From NCBI RefSeq assembly GCF_036507355.1, contig NZ_AP027877.1: a stretch of DNA of 64,000 nucleotides. One strand, written 5' to 3'. Shown one piece after another: positions 11,429-21,569 of the stretch. The first letter of the stretch is position 1; every line of letters begins with the position of its first letter. A program made the position numbers and the translations under genes. The notes under the pieces are model-generated. The model worked only from the letters and a program-made list of their open reading frames with translations, ran no database searches and was not told the origin of the DNA. Origin of the DNA: Escherichia coli. GTDB taxonomy: Bacteria > Pseudomonadota > Gammaproteobacteria > Enterobacterales > Enterobacteriaceae.

Positions 11429-12235
11429 ATGAAAGCATTCTGGCGTAACGCCGCGTTGCTCGCGGTTTCTCTGCTTCCCTTCTCTTCTGCCAACGCCGTA
11501 GCGTTGCAGGCAAAACAGTATGGCGATTTTGATCGCTATGTCCTGGCCCTCTCCTGGCAAACCGGATTTTGCCAGAGTCAACACGATCGAAATCGTAACG
11601 AACGAGATGAATGTCGCCTGCAAACCGAAACGACCAACAAAGCTGATTTTCTGACCGTACATGGTCTGTGGCCAGGATTGCCTAAATCGGTCGCTGCCCG
11701 TGGTGTTGATGAACGCCGCTGGATGCGCTTCGGTTGCGCTACTCGCCCAATCCCGAATCTACCAGAAGCGCGCGCCAGCCGGATGTGTTCATCGCCGGAA
11801 ACCGGATTATCACTGGAAACGGCCGCTAAACTAAGTGAAGTCATGCCAGGAGCTGGCGGACGTTCCTGCCTGGAACGCTACGAATATGCCAAACACGGTG
11901 CCTGCTTTGGTTTTGATCCGGACGCATACTTCGGTACGATGGTACGCCTGAATCAAGAAATTAAAGAGAGCGAAGCCGGAAAATTCCTTGCGGATAATTA
12001 CGGTAAAACAGTGAGCCGCCGTGACTTTGACGCCGCCTTTGCCAAAAGCTGGGGAAAAGAGAACGTGAAAGCAGTTAAGCTAACGTGCCAGGGTAACCCT
12101 GCGTATTTGACTGAAATGCAGATCTCGATCAAAGCTGACGCCATCAACGCTCCGCTTTCTGCCAACTCATTCTTGCCACAACCACACCCAGGCAACTGTG
12201 GCAAAACCTTTGTGATTGATAAAGCGGGTTATTAA
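11429..12235 (+). CDS. rna: Ribonuclease I (periplasmic RNase T2 family)
   Basis: ORF 11411..12235 trimmed to MKAFWRNAALLAVSLLPFSSANA... (signal peptide). Confidence 0.92.
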   Translation: MKAFWRNAALLAVSLLPFSSANAVALQAKQYGDFDRYVLALSWQTGFCQSQHDRNRNERDECRLQTETTNKADFLTVHGLWPGLPKSVAARGVDERRWMRFGCATRPIPNLPEARASRMCSSPETGLSLETAAKLSEVMPGAGGRSCLERYEYAKHGACFGFDPDAYFGTMVRLNQEIKESEAGKFLADNYGKTVSRRDFDAAFAKSWGKENVKAVKLTCQGNPAYLTEMQISIKADAINAPLSANSFLPQPHPGNCGKTFVIDKAGY

Positions 12236-12382
12236 TCATCTGATTTACAAAACACGCTAATTTGTCTTCCATAAACCAAGGCGATTAAGATTTATACATA
12301 ATGCGCTGCATTGAGGAATTCCCTGAATGTGACGCAAATCACTTCAAAGAGTGAGCAACAGTCAGTATCATCATGTGAGTTA

Positions 12383-12418
12383 AACCCTCGCCGCCTGACG
12401 GTGAGGGTTTTCTTTTGG
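12383..12418 (+). terminator. Probable rna terminator hairpin
   Basis: AACCCTCGCCG...CGGTGAGGGTT imperfect inverted repeat followed by TTCTTTTGG. Confidence 0.5.
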
Positions 12419-12464
12419 GTATGTTTATCTGCGACACTCGCAGTACCGACGACATGGAGTAAAA

Positions 12465-12875
12465 ATGTCCAGACCAACTATCATCATTAACGACCTGGAT
12501 GCCGAACGCATCGATATTCTGCTGGAGCAACCCGCCTATGCTGGTTTGCCAATCGCCGACGCGTTAAACGCAGAGTTGGATCGCGCCCAAATGTGTTCGC
12601 CAGAAGAGATGCCACACGACGTGGTGACAATGAACAGCCGGGTTAAATTCCGCAATCTTAGCGATGGCGAAGTGCGTGTGCGCACGTTGGTGTATCCGGC
12701 AAAAATGACCGATAGCAATACTCAGCTTTCCGTTATGGCTCCGGTAGGTGCCGCACTGCTGGGGCTGCGCGTTGGCGATTCCATTCACTGGGAACTTCCG
12801 GGCGGCGTTGCAACCCACCTTGAAGTGCTGGAACTCGAATACCAGCCAGAAGCTGCTGGCGACTATCTGCTTTAA
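12465..12875 (+). CDS. rnk: Regulator of nucleoside diphosphate kinase Rnk (GreA/GreB-like)
   Basis: 136-aa [32 protein letters not shown]... Confidence 0.92.
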
Positions 12876-12909
12876 TCCCATCTGCACAAGCGATAACTCG
12901 CTTTGCCCA

Positions 12910-12932
12910 GAGGATGCACTCGCATCCTCTTT
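12910..12932 (+). terminator. Hairpin GAGGATGC-ACTC-GCATCCTC with TTT after rnk
   Basis: Perfect 8-bp stem and short T-run about 35 nt downstream of the rnk stop. Confidence 0.45.
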
Positions 12933-13012
12933 ACGCAAAATCAGCAATTTTTCCTGGTTCTCACTGTTCACTTTTGCTGCAAAATTATTCCGTTTCGTTT
13001 GTGGGAATAACC

Positions 13013-13102
13013 ATGGCAGAAGCATTTTACATCCTGATAGGATTTCTGATTATGGCGGCGATTATCGTCATGGCTGTCCTTTACCTCGAAAACCACTCCT
13101 GA
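13013..13102 (+). CDS. Candidate small hydrophobic protein (29 aa, MAEAFYILIGFLIMAAIIVMAVLYLENHS); speculative
   Basis: ATG with GGGAATAA 5-12 nt upstream; single predicted transmembrane-like helix; lies in the convergent rnk/ybdR gap. No homology evidence available. Confidence 0.25.
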   Translation: MAEAFYILIGFLIMAAIIVMAVLYLENHS

Positions 13103-13105
13103 CGA

Positions 13106-14344
13106 TCATATTGTTCCCCCCGGCATCGCATTCACCAGACCTGAAACCGCCTTCTGCGCCGCCTCTGCGCTTTGTGCACCGGGTACCAGAATCACCTTAC
13201 GGCACTCCTCTTCACGTTTTTCGAAAATCTCATATCCCCGGGCGGCCTCTTCAAACGGCATATAGTGGGTAACAATTTCTTCTGGTTTCAGTAATCCTTT
13301 CTCAATTAACGGTAATAATTCTCCCAGCCATGCGTGAACGTGGGTCTGTCCCATTTTAAACGTCAACCCTTTATCAAAGGCGTCGCCAAACAGGAAACCG
13401 TGAATAAATCCAGCGTAGACGCCCGGTACGCTAACAATGCCGCCACGCCTGACCGCCGCAATACACTGACGCAACGCTTTACCGCTGCTGCCCTCCAGTT
13501 TCAGGTTAGTCAGCACCGTTTCCGTGGTGCTGCCTTTCGCTTCAAAACCGACGGCGTCTATTACTGCATCCACGCCCCGGTGACCTGCCGTTTGTTCAAT
13601 AATTGACTGTGCCGGATCGCTATCTTCATCGAAATTAATCGGGATCGCGCCGTAGCGGTCAGCGGCGAAACGCAAGCGGTAGGGATGATGATCAACAACA
13701 AAAATCTGTTCCGCACCGAGCAACCGTGCACAGGCGATTGTCAACAATCCCACAGGACCAGCACCATAGACAGCAACGCTTGAACTTTGTTGGATCTGCG
13801 CATTTTTTGCTGCCTGCCATGCCGTTGGCAGAATATCAGAAAGGAAAAGGGCTTTATCATCTGAAAGCAAAGGCGGTACTTTAAACGGCCCCACATTCCC
13901 TTTAGGGACGCGGACATATTCCGCCTGCCCACCAGGAACGCCACCATACAGGTGACTATAACCAAACAATGCCGCGGGAGCTGGTATCTGTTTTTTATTG
14001 AGCGCAGCGCCTTTACCCGCATTGGTATTTTCGCAGGCGGCATATTACTGCATTCGACAGAAAAAACAGTCGCCACAAGCAATGACAAACGGAATTACCA
14101 CCCGGTCGCCTTTTTGCAAATTTTTTACGTCCTTTCCGGTTTCAACTACTTCCCCCATAAATTCATGACCAAAAATATCGCCATGTTTAACCTGGGGTAT
14201 TTTGCCTCGATAAAGATGGAGGTCAGAGCCACAGATCGCCGTTGCCGTAATACGCAGAATAATATCATCTGCCTGTTCAACGCCCGGATCGGGAACATTT
14301 TCTACCTGAACGTTATATGGGCCGTGATAAGTCAATGCTTTCAT
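13106..14344 (-). pseudogene. ybdR: Zn-dependent alcohol dehydrogenase family gene ybdR interrupted by an in-frame TAA at codon 100
   Basis: ORFs 14045..14344 (99 aa) and 13106..13969 (287 aa) are in the same frame; the 25 codons between them read [26 protein letters not shown], continuing the protein; total 412 codons with one internal stop (complement of 14045..14047). Confidence 0.85.
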
Positions 14345-14564
14345 GCAACCTCCAGAGACAGTTCAAAAAAGAGTCAGTCTTTAAGGGTAGCAATCACAGC
14401 GGGAAAACGGGCGGTACCACAGGTTTTGGGAGAATTCCTGGTGTTCAGTGAGAATATATTCATCACAGAAACAGTTCGTAAGGAAAAAGAACCAGACAAA
14501 TATCAGGGATAAATATTATAATCATGGCGAATGATTTGTTCATGATTAACAGGGAGAAAGGGTT

Positions 14565-14993
14565 ATGTATAAGACAATCATTATGCCAGTTGATGTATTT
14601 GAAATGGAATTGAGCGACAAAGCTGTTCGCCACGCTGAATTCCTCGCCCAGGATGACGGAGTTATTCATCTACTTCACGTACTACCCGGGTCAGCCAGCC
14701 TGAGCCTGCACCGTTTTGCCGCTGATGTGCGTCGTTTTGAAGAGCATCTGCAACATGAAGCAGAAGAACGTCTGCAAACGATGGTCAGCCACTTCACCAT
14801 CGATCCTTCCCGCATTAAACAACATGTCCGTTTTGGTAGCGTGCGGGATGAAGTCAATGAGTTGGCAGAAGAACTGGGGGCTGATGTTGTAGTTATTGGT
14901 TCTCGCAACCCATCGATTTCGACCCATCTGTTAGGTTCTAACGCCTCGAGCGTGATCCGCCACGCCAATCTGCCTGTACTGGTCGTTCGCTAA
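14565..14993 (+). CDS. uspG: Universal stress protein UspG
   Basis: 142-aa [29 protein letters not shown]... Confidence 0.93.
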   Translation: MYKTIIMPVDVFEMELSDKAVRHAEFLAQDDGVIHLLHVLPGSASLSLHRFAADVRRFEEHLQHEAEERLQTMVSHFTIDPSRIKQHVRFGSVRDEVNELAEELGADVVVIGSRNPSISTHLLGSNASSVIRHANLPVLVVR

Positions 14994-15113
14994 CAGATAA
15001 AAGTATTTATGCCGCCCTGCCTGGAACATCCCGGCAGGGCTTTTTAATGCCATAAAAAAGCCGCCAGGTTTGACCCCGGCGGCTAAGCAATTGCAGGTGA
15101 ATCTTACTTCTTC

Positions 15114-16679
15114 TTATGCAGTTTTGGTGCGAATCAGGTAGTCAAAAGCACTCAGAGAGGCTTTGGCACCTTCGCCAGTGGCGATGATGATCTGCTTGTA
15201 CGGAACCGTCGTACAGTCACCCGCTGCGAACACGCCTTTCACGTTGGTTTCGCATTTCGCATCAATGATAATCTCGCCCATGCGGTTACGTTCGACTGCG
15301 CCTTCCAGCCAGTTGGTGTTCGGCAGCAGACCAATCTGGACGAAAATACCGGCCAGTTCGATGTTGTGAATATCGCCGCTGACACGATCTCGATATTCCA
15401 GACCAACGACTTTGCTGCCGTCGCCTTTCACTTCCGTGGTTTGCGCATTCAGAATAATGTCGACGTTTTTCAGGCTGCGCAGTTTGTCCTGCAGCACCTG
15501 GTCGGCTTTCATTTCTGGCGCAAATTCCAGCAGAGTTACGTGCTCAACGATACCCGCCAGGTCGATTGCCGCTTCCACGCCGGAGTTACCGCCGCCGATA
15601 ACCGCTACGCGTTTGCCTTTAAACAGCGGGCCGTCGCAGTGCGGGCAGTAGGTCACGCCTTTGGTGCGATACTGATCTTCGCCCGGAACGTTCATGTTGC
15701 GCCATTTTGCACCGGTCGCCACGATAATGCTGCGTGCTTTCAGTACCGCGCCAGAAGCTGTTTCAATCTGGTGCAGACCACCTTCAACCGCTGCCGGGAT
15801 TAGTTTGGTGGCGCTCTGGCTGTCGATCACATCAACGTCGTATTCATCAACGTGAACTTTCAGCGCACCTGCCAGTTTCTGGCCTTCGGTCTTCGGTACA
15901 GAAATGTAGTTTTCGATATCAACGGTATCGAGGATCTGACCACCAAAACGTTCGCCCATCAGACCGGTACGGATGCCTTTACGTGCGGAGTAAATTGCTG
16001 CCGCTGCACCCGCCGGGCCGGAACCAACGATTAATACGTCATAAGCATCACGCTTGTTCAGCTCTTCTGCCGCACGTTTTTCCGCGCCAGTATCAATTTT
16101 GGCAACGATTTCAGTCAACGTCATGCGGCCCTGACCAAACTCTTTCCCGTTTACGAACACTGCCGGAACGCCCATCACGTTGCGATCGGTGATTTCGTTC
16201 TGGAAGGTGCCGCCGTCAATTGCAGTATGCTTGATGCGCGGGTTGAGTACGCTCATCAGGTTCAGCGCCTGCACCACGTCCGGGCAGTTGTGGCAAGAGA
16301 GCGAGTAATAGGTTTCGAATTCAAAATCACCGTCAATATGGCGAATCTGCTCCAGCAGAGACTGCGCTTCTTTCGACGGATGACCACCGGTCCACAGCAA
16401 CGCCAGTACCAGCGAGGTGAACTCGTGGCCCAGCGGGGAGCCTGCAAAACGTGGCCCCTGGTTGGAACCTGGGTTGGTGATCAGGAAAGACGGCTTACGC
16501 ACCGGCAAGCTGTTATCTTCTTTAAAGGTGACTTTGTCTGACAGTTCTGCGATTTCAGCCAACAGTTCCTTGATTTCTGCCGATTTAGCGCTGTCATCCA
16601 GCGTGGCAATTAACTCAACAGGCTTGGTCAATTTCTCAAGGTAAGCCTTGAGTTGAGTTTTCATATTTGTGTCGAGCAT
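15114..16679 (-). CDS. ahpF: Alkyl hydroperoxide reductase subunit F
   Basis: ORF 15114..16709 trimmed to [17 protein letters not shown]...; two CxxC redox motifs and FAD/NAD binding glycine-rich motifs. Confidence 0.95.
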   Translation of the reverse strand: MLDTNMKTQLKAYLEKLTKPVELIATLDDSAKSAEIKELLAEIAELSDKVTFKEDNSLPVRKPSFLITNPGSNQGPRFAGSPLGHEFTSLVLALLWTGGHPSKEAQSLLEQIRHIDGDFEFETYYSLSCHNCPDVVQALNLMSVLNPRIKHTAIDGGTFQNEITDRNVMGVPAVFVNGKEFGQGRMTLTEIVAKIDTGAEKRAAEELNKRDAYDVLIVGSGPAGAAAAIYSARKGIRTGLMGERFGGQILDTVDIENYISVPKTEGQKLAGALKVHVDEYDVDVIDSQSATKLIPAAVEGGLHQIETASGAVLKARSIIVATGAKWRNMNVPGEDQYRTKGVTYCPHCDGPLFKGKRVAVIGGGNSGVEAAIDLAGIVEHVTLLEFAPEMKADQVLQDKLRSLKNVDIILNAQTTEVKGDGSKVVGLEYRDRVSGDIHNIELAGIFVQIGLLPNTNWLEGAVERNRMGEIIIDAKCETNVKGVFAAGDCTTVPYKQIIIATGEGAKASLSAFDYLIRTKTA

Positions 16680-16807
16680 GTTTATCTCCTGGGCTTTAAA
16701 CATCATCATGCAAGCGGCCTCTGCGGCTACCTGGATGCAGCTTGCATCATGGTGCGGGGAAGAAAATCGGGTGCCGCAGCACCCGATTAATTACGCGATT
16801 GCGGAAC

Positions 16808-17371
16808 TTAGATTTTACCAACCAGGTCCAGAGACGGAGCCAGAGTTGCTTCACCTTCTTTCCATTTAGCCGGGCAAACTTCACCTGGGTGAGAAGCTAC
16901 GTACTGTGCTGCTTTGATTTTACGCAGCAGGTCAGACGCGTCACGGCCAATGCCTTCAGCGGTAACTTCGATTGCCTGGATGATACCCTGCGGGTCAACA
17001 ACGAAGGTCGCACGGTCAGCCAGACCTTCATCTTCACGCATGTTGTCGAAGTTACGGGTCAGGGCGCCAGTCGGGTCGCCGATCATCGCATATTTGATTT
17101 TAGCGATGGTTTCAGAGCTGCTGTGCCATGCTTTGTGGGTGAAGTGAGTATCGGTAGATACTGCGTATACGTCTACGCCCAGTTTCTGCAGTTCTTCGTA
17201 GTGGTCAGCAACGTCACCCAGTTCGGTCGGGCATACGAAAGTAAAGTCAGCCGGGTAGAAGAAGAAGACGCTCCAGCGGCCTTCGGTATCTTTTTCGGTG
17301 ATTTCGATGAATTCGCCGTTTTTGAATGCCTGGTTTTTAAAAGGTTTAATTTTGGTGTTAATCAAGGACAT
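16808..17371 (-). CDS. ahpC: Alkyl hydroperoxide reductase subunit C (peroxiredoxin)
   Basis: 187-aa [26 protein letters not shown]...FTFVCPTEL... Confidence 0.95.
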   Translation of the reverse strand: MSLINTKIKPFKNQAFKNGEFIEITEKDTEGRWSVFFFYPADFTFVCPTELGDVADHYEELQKLGVDVYAVSTDTHFTHKAWHSSSETIAKIKYAMIGDPTGALTRNFDNMREDEGLADRATFVVDPQGIIQAIEVTAEGIGRDASDLLRKIKAAQYVASHPGEVCPAKWKEGEATLAPSLDLVGKI

Positions 17372-17742
17372 CTATACTTCCTCCGTGTTTTCGATGAGAT
17401 GTAAGGTAACCAATTTTTGCCGATTCGGCTAATGCGTTTCCATTATCAAATCGATAAGTTTTACCTTACAACCTTCGTAAGACAACTTTGTGAACTTTGC
17501 ACCGCCAGCGGCGATAAAAAGTAAAATGGCCCCCTTTCCAGGTGACCGTGTAATCTGAACTACCCTTTGGTATCTTCAGCGCCTGCCTGCAGGCAGAGGT
17601 GTTGCCCTTACAAATGCAACAACGACATGGATTACAACACCCTCATAAACAAAGGGCAATCACCTGATCTAAGCTCTTACCTATGACAGTGATAGGTTAT
17701 GCCTTTTACTCGACTTTTGCACTGACTGAAAAGGACAAATTA
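17372..17742. promoter_or_regulatory. Divergent ahpC / dsbG promoter region (OxyR-controlled ahpC promoter expected here)
   Basis: 370-bp gap between divergent starts; OxyR regulation of ahpCF is established knowledge; site not mapped from sequence. Confidence 0.45.
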
Positions 17743-18489
17743 ATGTTAAAAAAGATACTTTTACTGGCTCTGCTTCCTGCAATCGCCTTCGCAGAGGAAC
17801 TTCCTGCTCCAGTAAAAGCGATTGAAAAACAGGGTATTACGATCATCAAAACGTTCGATGCCCCCGGAGGAATGAAAGGTTATCTCGGAAAGTATCAGGA
17901 TATGGGCGTCACCATCTACCTGACTCCAGATGGTAAGCACGCTATCTCTGGTTACATGTACAACGAGAAAGGTGAAAACCTGAGTAACACACTTATCGAA
18001 AAAGAAATTTACGCACCAGCCGGACGCGAAATGTGGCAACGGATGGAACAATCCCACTGGCTCCTCGACGGTAAAAAAGACGCGCCGGTCATTGTCTACG
18101 TCTTCGCCGATCCGTTCTGCCCATATTGTAAACAGTTCTGGCAGCAGGCGCGCCCGTGGGTAGATTCTGGCAAAGTACAGTTGAGAACATTGTTGGTTGG
18201 GGTTATCAAACCAGAAAGTCCGGCGACAGCCGCGGCAATTCTTGCCTCCAAAGATCCCGCAAAAACCTGGCAAGAATATGAAGCCTCTGGTGGCAAGCTT
18301 AAGCTAAACGTGCCTGCAAACGTAAGTACAGAGCAAATGAAAGTGTTAAGCGACAACGAGAAACTCATGGACGATCTGGGGGCAAATGTCACTCCGGCTA
18401 TCTATTACATGAGTAAGGAAAATACGCTGCAACAGGCCGTGGGGTTGCCCGATCAGAAAACGCTTAATATCATTATGGGAAATAAATAA
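17743..18489 (+). CDS. dsbG: Periplasmic disulfide isomerase DsbG
   Basis: ORF 17683..18489 trimmed to [17 protein letters not shown] (signal peptide); CPYC active site present. Confidence 0.9.
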
Positions 18490-18697
18490 AAGGTAATTCA
18501 TGGATGGTTGAACTATATCCCTGCTTTTCAACCATCCTAAAAAAGCATGAATTGCTCGCTCTGCCCTAAGTGGCTGTGCTATTTTAGAAAAACTTAATCC
18601 TGAGTTAAGCAAAAAAACATAATCAATAAAAATATATACGCAAAAAACATTGATTAAGTGAATATATCATGGAAGAAAAATATAACCGGAGTAGTGT

Positions 18698-19600
18698 ATG
18701 ACCAATCTCTACGACTTGAAAAAGTTCGACTTAAATCTTCTTGTCATATTTGAGTGTATTTACCAGCATTTAAGCATTAGCAAAGCTGCTGAATCACTAT
18801 ATATCACCCCATCAGCCGTGAGCCAGTCGTTACAACGCTTACGTGCGCAATTTAATGACCCTTTATTCATTCGCTCAGGAAAAGGTATCGCGCCGACGAC
18901 AACAGGGTTAAATCTGCATCACCATCTTGAGAAAAATCTCAGAGGCCTTGAACAAACAATTAATATAGTCAATAAGTCCGAACTAAAGAAAAACTTTATT
19001 ATTCACGGCCCTCAGCTCATTTCTTGCTCTAATAATAGTATGCTGATCCGCTGCCTACGGCAAGATTCCTCTGTCGAGATTGAGTGCCATGATATCCTCA
19101 TGTCAGCAGAGAATGCTGAAGAACTGTTGGTTCACCGCAAAGCCGATCTGGTGATCACCCAAATGCCAGTGATCAGCCGTTCCGTCATTTGCATGCCATT
19201 GCATACGATTCGCAATACTCTAATTTGTAGTAATAGGCATCCACGAATTACTGACAATAGCACTTATGAACAAATTATGGCAGAAGAGTTCACCCAATTA
19301 ATATCTAAATCAGCAGGGGTTGATGATATTCAAATGGAAATAGACGAGAGATTTATGAATCGCAAAATTTCATTTCGTGGTTCCTCTTTGCTGACAATCA
19401 TTAATAGCATTGCAGTTACAGATTTACTGGGAATAGTCCCCTATGAACTTTATAACTCCCACCGTGACTTTCTTAATTTAAAAGAGATAAAACTAGAACA
19501 TCCGTTACCTTCAATAAAGCTTTACATTTCCTATAATAAATCTTCTTTAAACAATCTGGTGTTCTCCCGATTTATTGACCGTCTAAATGAGTGTTTTTGA
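18698..19600 (+). CDS. ybdO: LysR-family transcriptional regulator YbdO
   Basis: 300-aa ORF with N-terminal helix-turn-helix (ISKAAESLYITPSAVSQSLQRLR); coding sequence markedly AT-rich by eye. Confidence 0.9.
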   Translation: MTNLYDLKKFDLNLLVIFECIYQHLSISKAAESLYITPSAVSQSLQRLRAQFNDPLFIRSGKGIAPTTTGLNLHHHLEKNLRGLEQTINIVNKSELKKNFIIHGPQLISCSNNSMLIRCLRQDSSVEIECHDILMSAENAEELLVHRKADLVITQMPVISRSVICMPLHTIRNTLICSNRHPRITDNSTYEQIMAEEFTQLISKSAGVDDIQMEIDERFMNRKISFRGSSLLTIINSIAVTDLLGIVPYELYNSHRDFLNLKEIKLEHPLPSIKLYISYNKSSLNNLVFSRFIDRLNECF

Positions 19601-19746
19601 TATATAACTTCAGACAGCTACTATAACTTTCACCTATTTATTCACAGCGCGAATGAAAAATAAAACACTCTGCTTTTCAGTGTTTACTTTATAATTAACA
19701 GTCTTATCTCACTGATCACCCTGTAACGTTCAGAGAGCGTCTTCAG

Positions 19747-20967
19747 ATGTCTATTTATAAAATTCCTCTTCCGCTCAATATTCTGGAAGCTGCACGAGAG
19801 CGTATTACCTGGACACTCAACACCCTACCCCGCGTTTGTGTCTCATTTTCTGGCGGCAAAGACTCTGGTTTAATGCTGCATCTGACAGCCGAACTTGCCC
19901 GACAAATGGGCAAAAAAATCTGCGTTTTGTTTATCGACTGGGAGGCGCAATTCTCTTGCACCATTAACTATGTTCAGTCCCTGCGCGAGTTGTACACCGA
20001 TGTCATCGAAGAGTTTTACTGGGTTGCGCTCCCGCTTACGACGCAAAATTCCCTTTCACAATACCAACCCGAATGGCAGTGCTGGGAACCTGATGTCGAA
20101 TGGGTGCGTCAGCCCCCGCAAGATGCGATAACCGATCCTGACTTTTTCTGCTTTTACCAGCCAGGCATGACCTTCGAACAATTTGTACGTGAGTTTGCCG
20201 AATGGTTTTCACAAAAACGTCCGGCGGCGATGATGATCGGCATCCGTGCGGATGAGTCCTACAACCGTTTTGTCGCCATCGCCAGTTTAAATAAACAACG
20301 TTTTGCCGACGATAAACCCTGGACTACGGCCGCACCAGGCGGTCATAGCTGGTACATTTACCCCATTTACGACTGGAAAGTGGCTGATATCTGGACCTGG
20401 TATGCAAATCATCAAAGTCTCTGCAACCCACTGTATAACCTAATGTATCAGGCAGGCGTTCCTCTGCGTCATATGCGAATTTGCGAACCTTTTGGCCCGG
20501 AGCAACGACAAGGATTATGGCTCTATCACGTTATCGAACCGGATCGCTGGGCTGCTATGTGCGCACGAGTCAGCGGGGTAAAAAGTGGCGGCATTTACGC
20601 CGGACATGACAATCATTTCTATGGGCATCGGAAAATCCTCAAGCCAGAACATTTAGACTGGCAAGAATATGCATTATTGCTGCTCAATAGCATGCCAGAA
20701 AAAACAGCTGAGCATTACCGCAATAAAATCGCCATTTATTTGCACTGGTATCAGAAAAAAGGCATCGAGGTTCCACAAACCCAGCAAGGGGACATTGGCG
20801 CGAAAGATATCCCTTCCTGGCGGCGGATATGCAAAGTTTTACTCAATAACGATTACTGGTGTCGGGCATTATCATTTAGTCCTACGAAAGCGAAGAACTA
20901 TCAGCGTTATAACGAACGGATAAAAGGAAAACGTCAGGAATGGGGGATACTATGCAACAACGATTAA
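19747..20967 (+). CDS. ybdN: PP-loop ATPase, PAPS reductase-like domain protein YbdN (IbrA-like)
   Basis: 406-aa ORF with the PP-loop motif SFSGGKDS near the N-terminus. Confidence 0.88.
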   Translation: MSIYKIPLPLNILEAARERITWTLNTLPRVCVSFSGGKDSGLMLHLTAELARQMGKKICVLFIDWEAQFSCTINYVQSLRELYTDVIEEFYWVALPLTTQNSLSQYQPEWQCWEPDVEWVRQPPQDAITDPDFFCFYQPGMTFEQFVREFAEWFSQKRPAAMMIGIRADESYNRFVAIASLNKQRFADDKPWTTAAPGGHSWYIYPIYDWKVADIWTWYANHQSLCNPLYNLMYQAGVPLRHMRICEPFGPEQRQGLWLYHVIEPDRWAAMCARVSGVKSGGIYAGHDNHFYGHRKILKPEHLDWQEYALLLLNSMPEKTAEHYRNKIAIYLHWYQKKGIEVPQTQQGDIGAKDIPSWRRICKVLLNNDYWCRALSFSPTKAKNYQRYNERIKGKRQEWGILCNND

Positions 20968-21569
20968 CGCAGGATTTAACGCAATTTCTCGCCAGCTTGC
21001 CGGAAGATGATCGCATCAACGCGATTAATGAAATCCGCATGGCGATCCATCAGGTTAGCCCCTTTCGTGAAGAGCCAGTGGATTGCGTTCTGTGGGTTAA
21101 AAACAGCCAACTTATGCCTAATGATTACAACCCAAACAACGTGGCACCACCCGAAAAAAAACTGCTGAAAAAATCCATTGAAATAGATGGTTTTACCCAA
21201 CCCATTGTGGTCACGCATACGGATAAAAATGCCCTGGAAATCGTGGATGGTTTTCACCGCCATGAAATTGGTAAAGGCTCATCATTATTACAATTACGCT
21301 TAAAAGGTTATTTGCCGGTGACCTGTCTGGAAGGTACGCGTAATCAACGCATCGCCGCGACTATTCGTCATAATCGCGCTCGTGGACGCCATCAAATCAC
21401 CGCCATGTCGGAAATCGTCCGTGAACTTAGCCAGTTGGGATGGGACGATAATAAAATTGGCAAAGAGCTGGGAATGGACAGCGACGAAGTGCTGCGCCTG
21501 AAGCAAATTAACGGCCTGCAAGAGTTGTTTGCCGACCGTCAATATTCCCGCGCCTGGACGGTTAAATAG
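20940..21569 (+). CDS. ybdM: ParB/Srx-like domain protein YbdM (IbrB-like)
   Basis: 209-aa ORF overlapping ybdN by 28 nt; contains DGFHRH and an arginine-rich RHNRARGRH segment typical of ParB N-terminal/sulfiredoxin folds. Confidence 0.85.
   Translation: MGDTMQQRLTQDLTQFLASLPEDDRINAINEIRMAIHQVSPFREEPVDCVLWVKNSQLMPNDYNPNNVAPPEKKLLKKSIEIDGFTQPIVVTHTDKNALEIVDGFHRHEIGKGSSLLQLRLKGYLPVTCLEGTRNQRIAATIRHNRARGRHQITAMSEIVRELSQLGWDDNKIGKELGMDSDEVLRLKQINGLQELFADRQYSRAWTVK

Noticed and set aside
12564-13272. ORFs 12564..13025 (minus, 153 aa) and 12748..13272 (plus, 174 aa) spanning the rnk 3' end, the intergenic gap and the ybdR 3' end
   Set aside because: They cross a terminator hairpin and overlap two confidently called genes in other frames; no start context.
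13952-14512. Plus-strand 186-aa ORF overlapping the ybdR nonsense site
   Set aside because: Antisense to ybdR; the ybdR frame is continuous apart from the single TAA, which explains the region better than a gene on the opposite strand.
18501-18537. Inverted repeat GGATGGTTGAA-N15-TTCAACCATCC downstream of dsbG as a terminator
   Set aside because: Large 15-nt loop and no T-tract on the dsbG strand; kept only as a note, not called as a feature.
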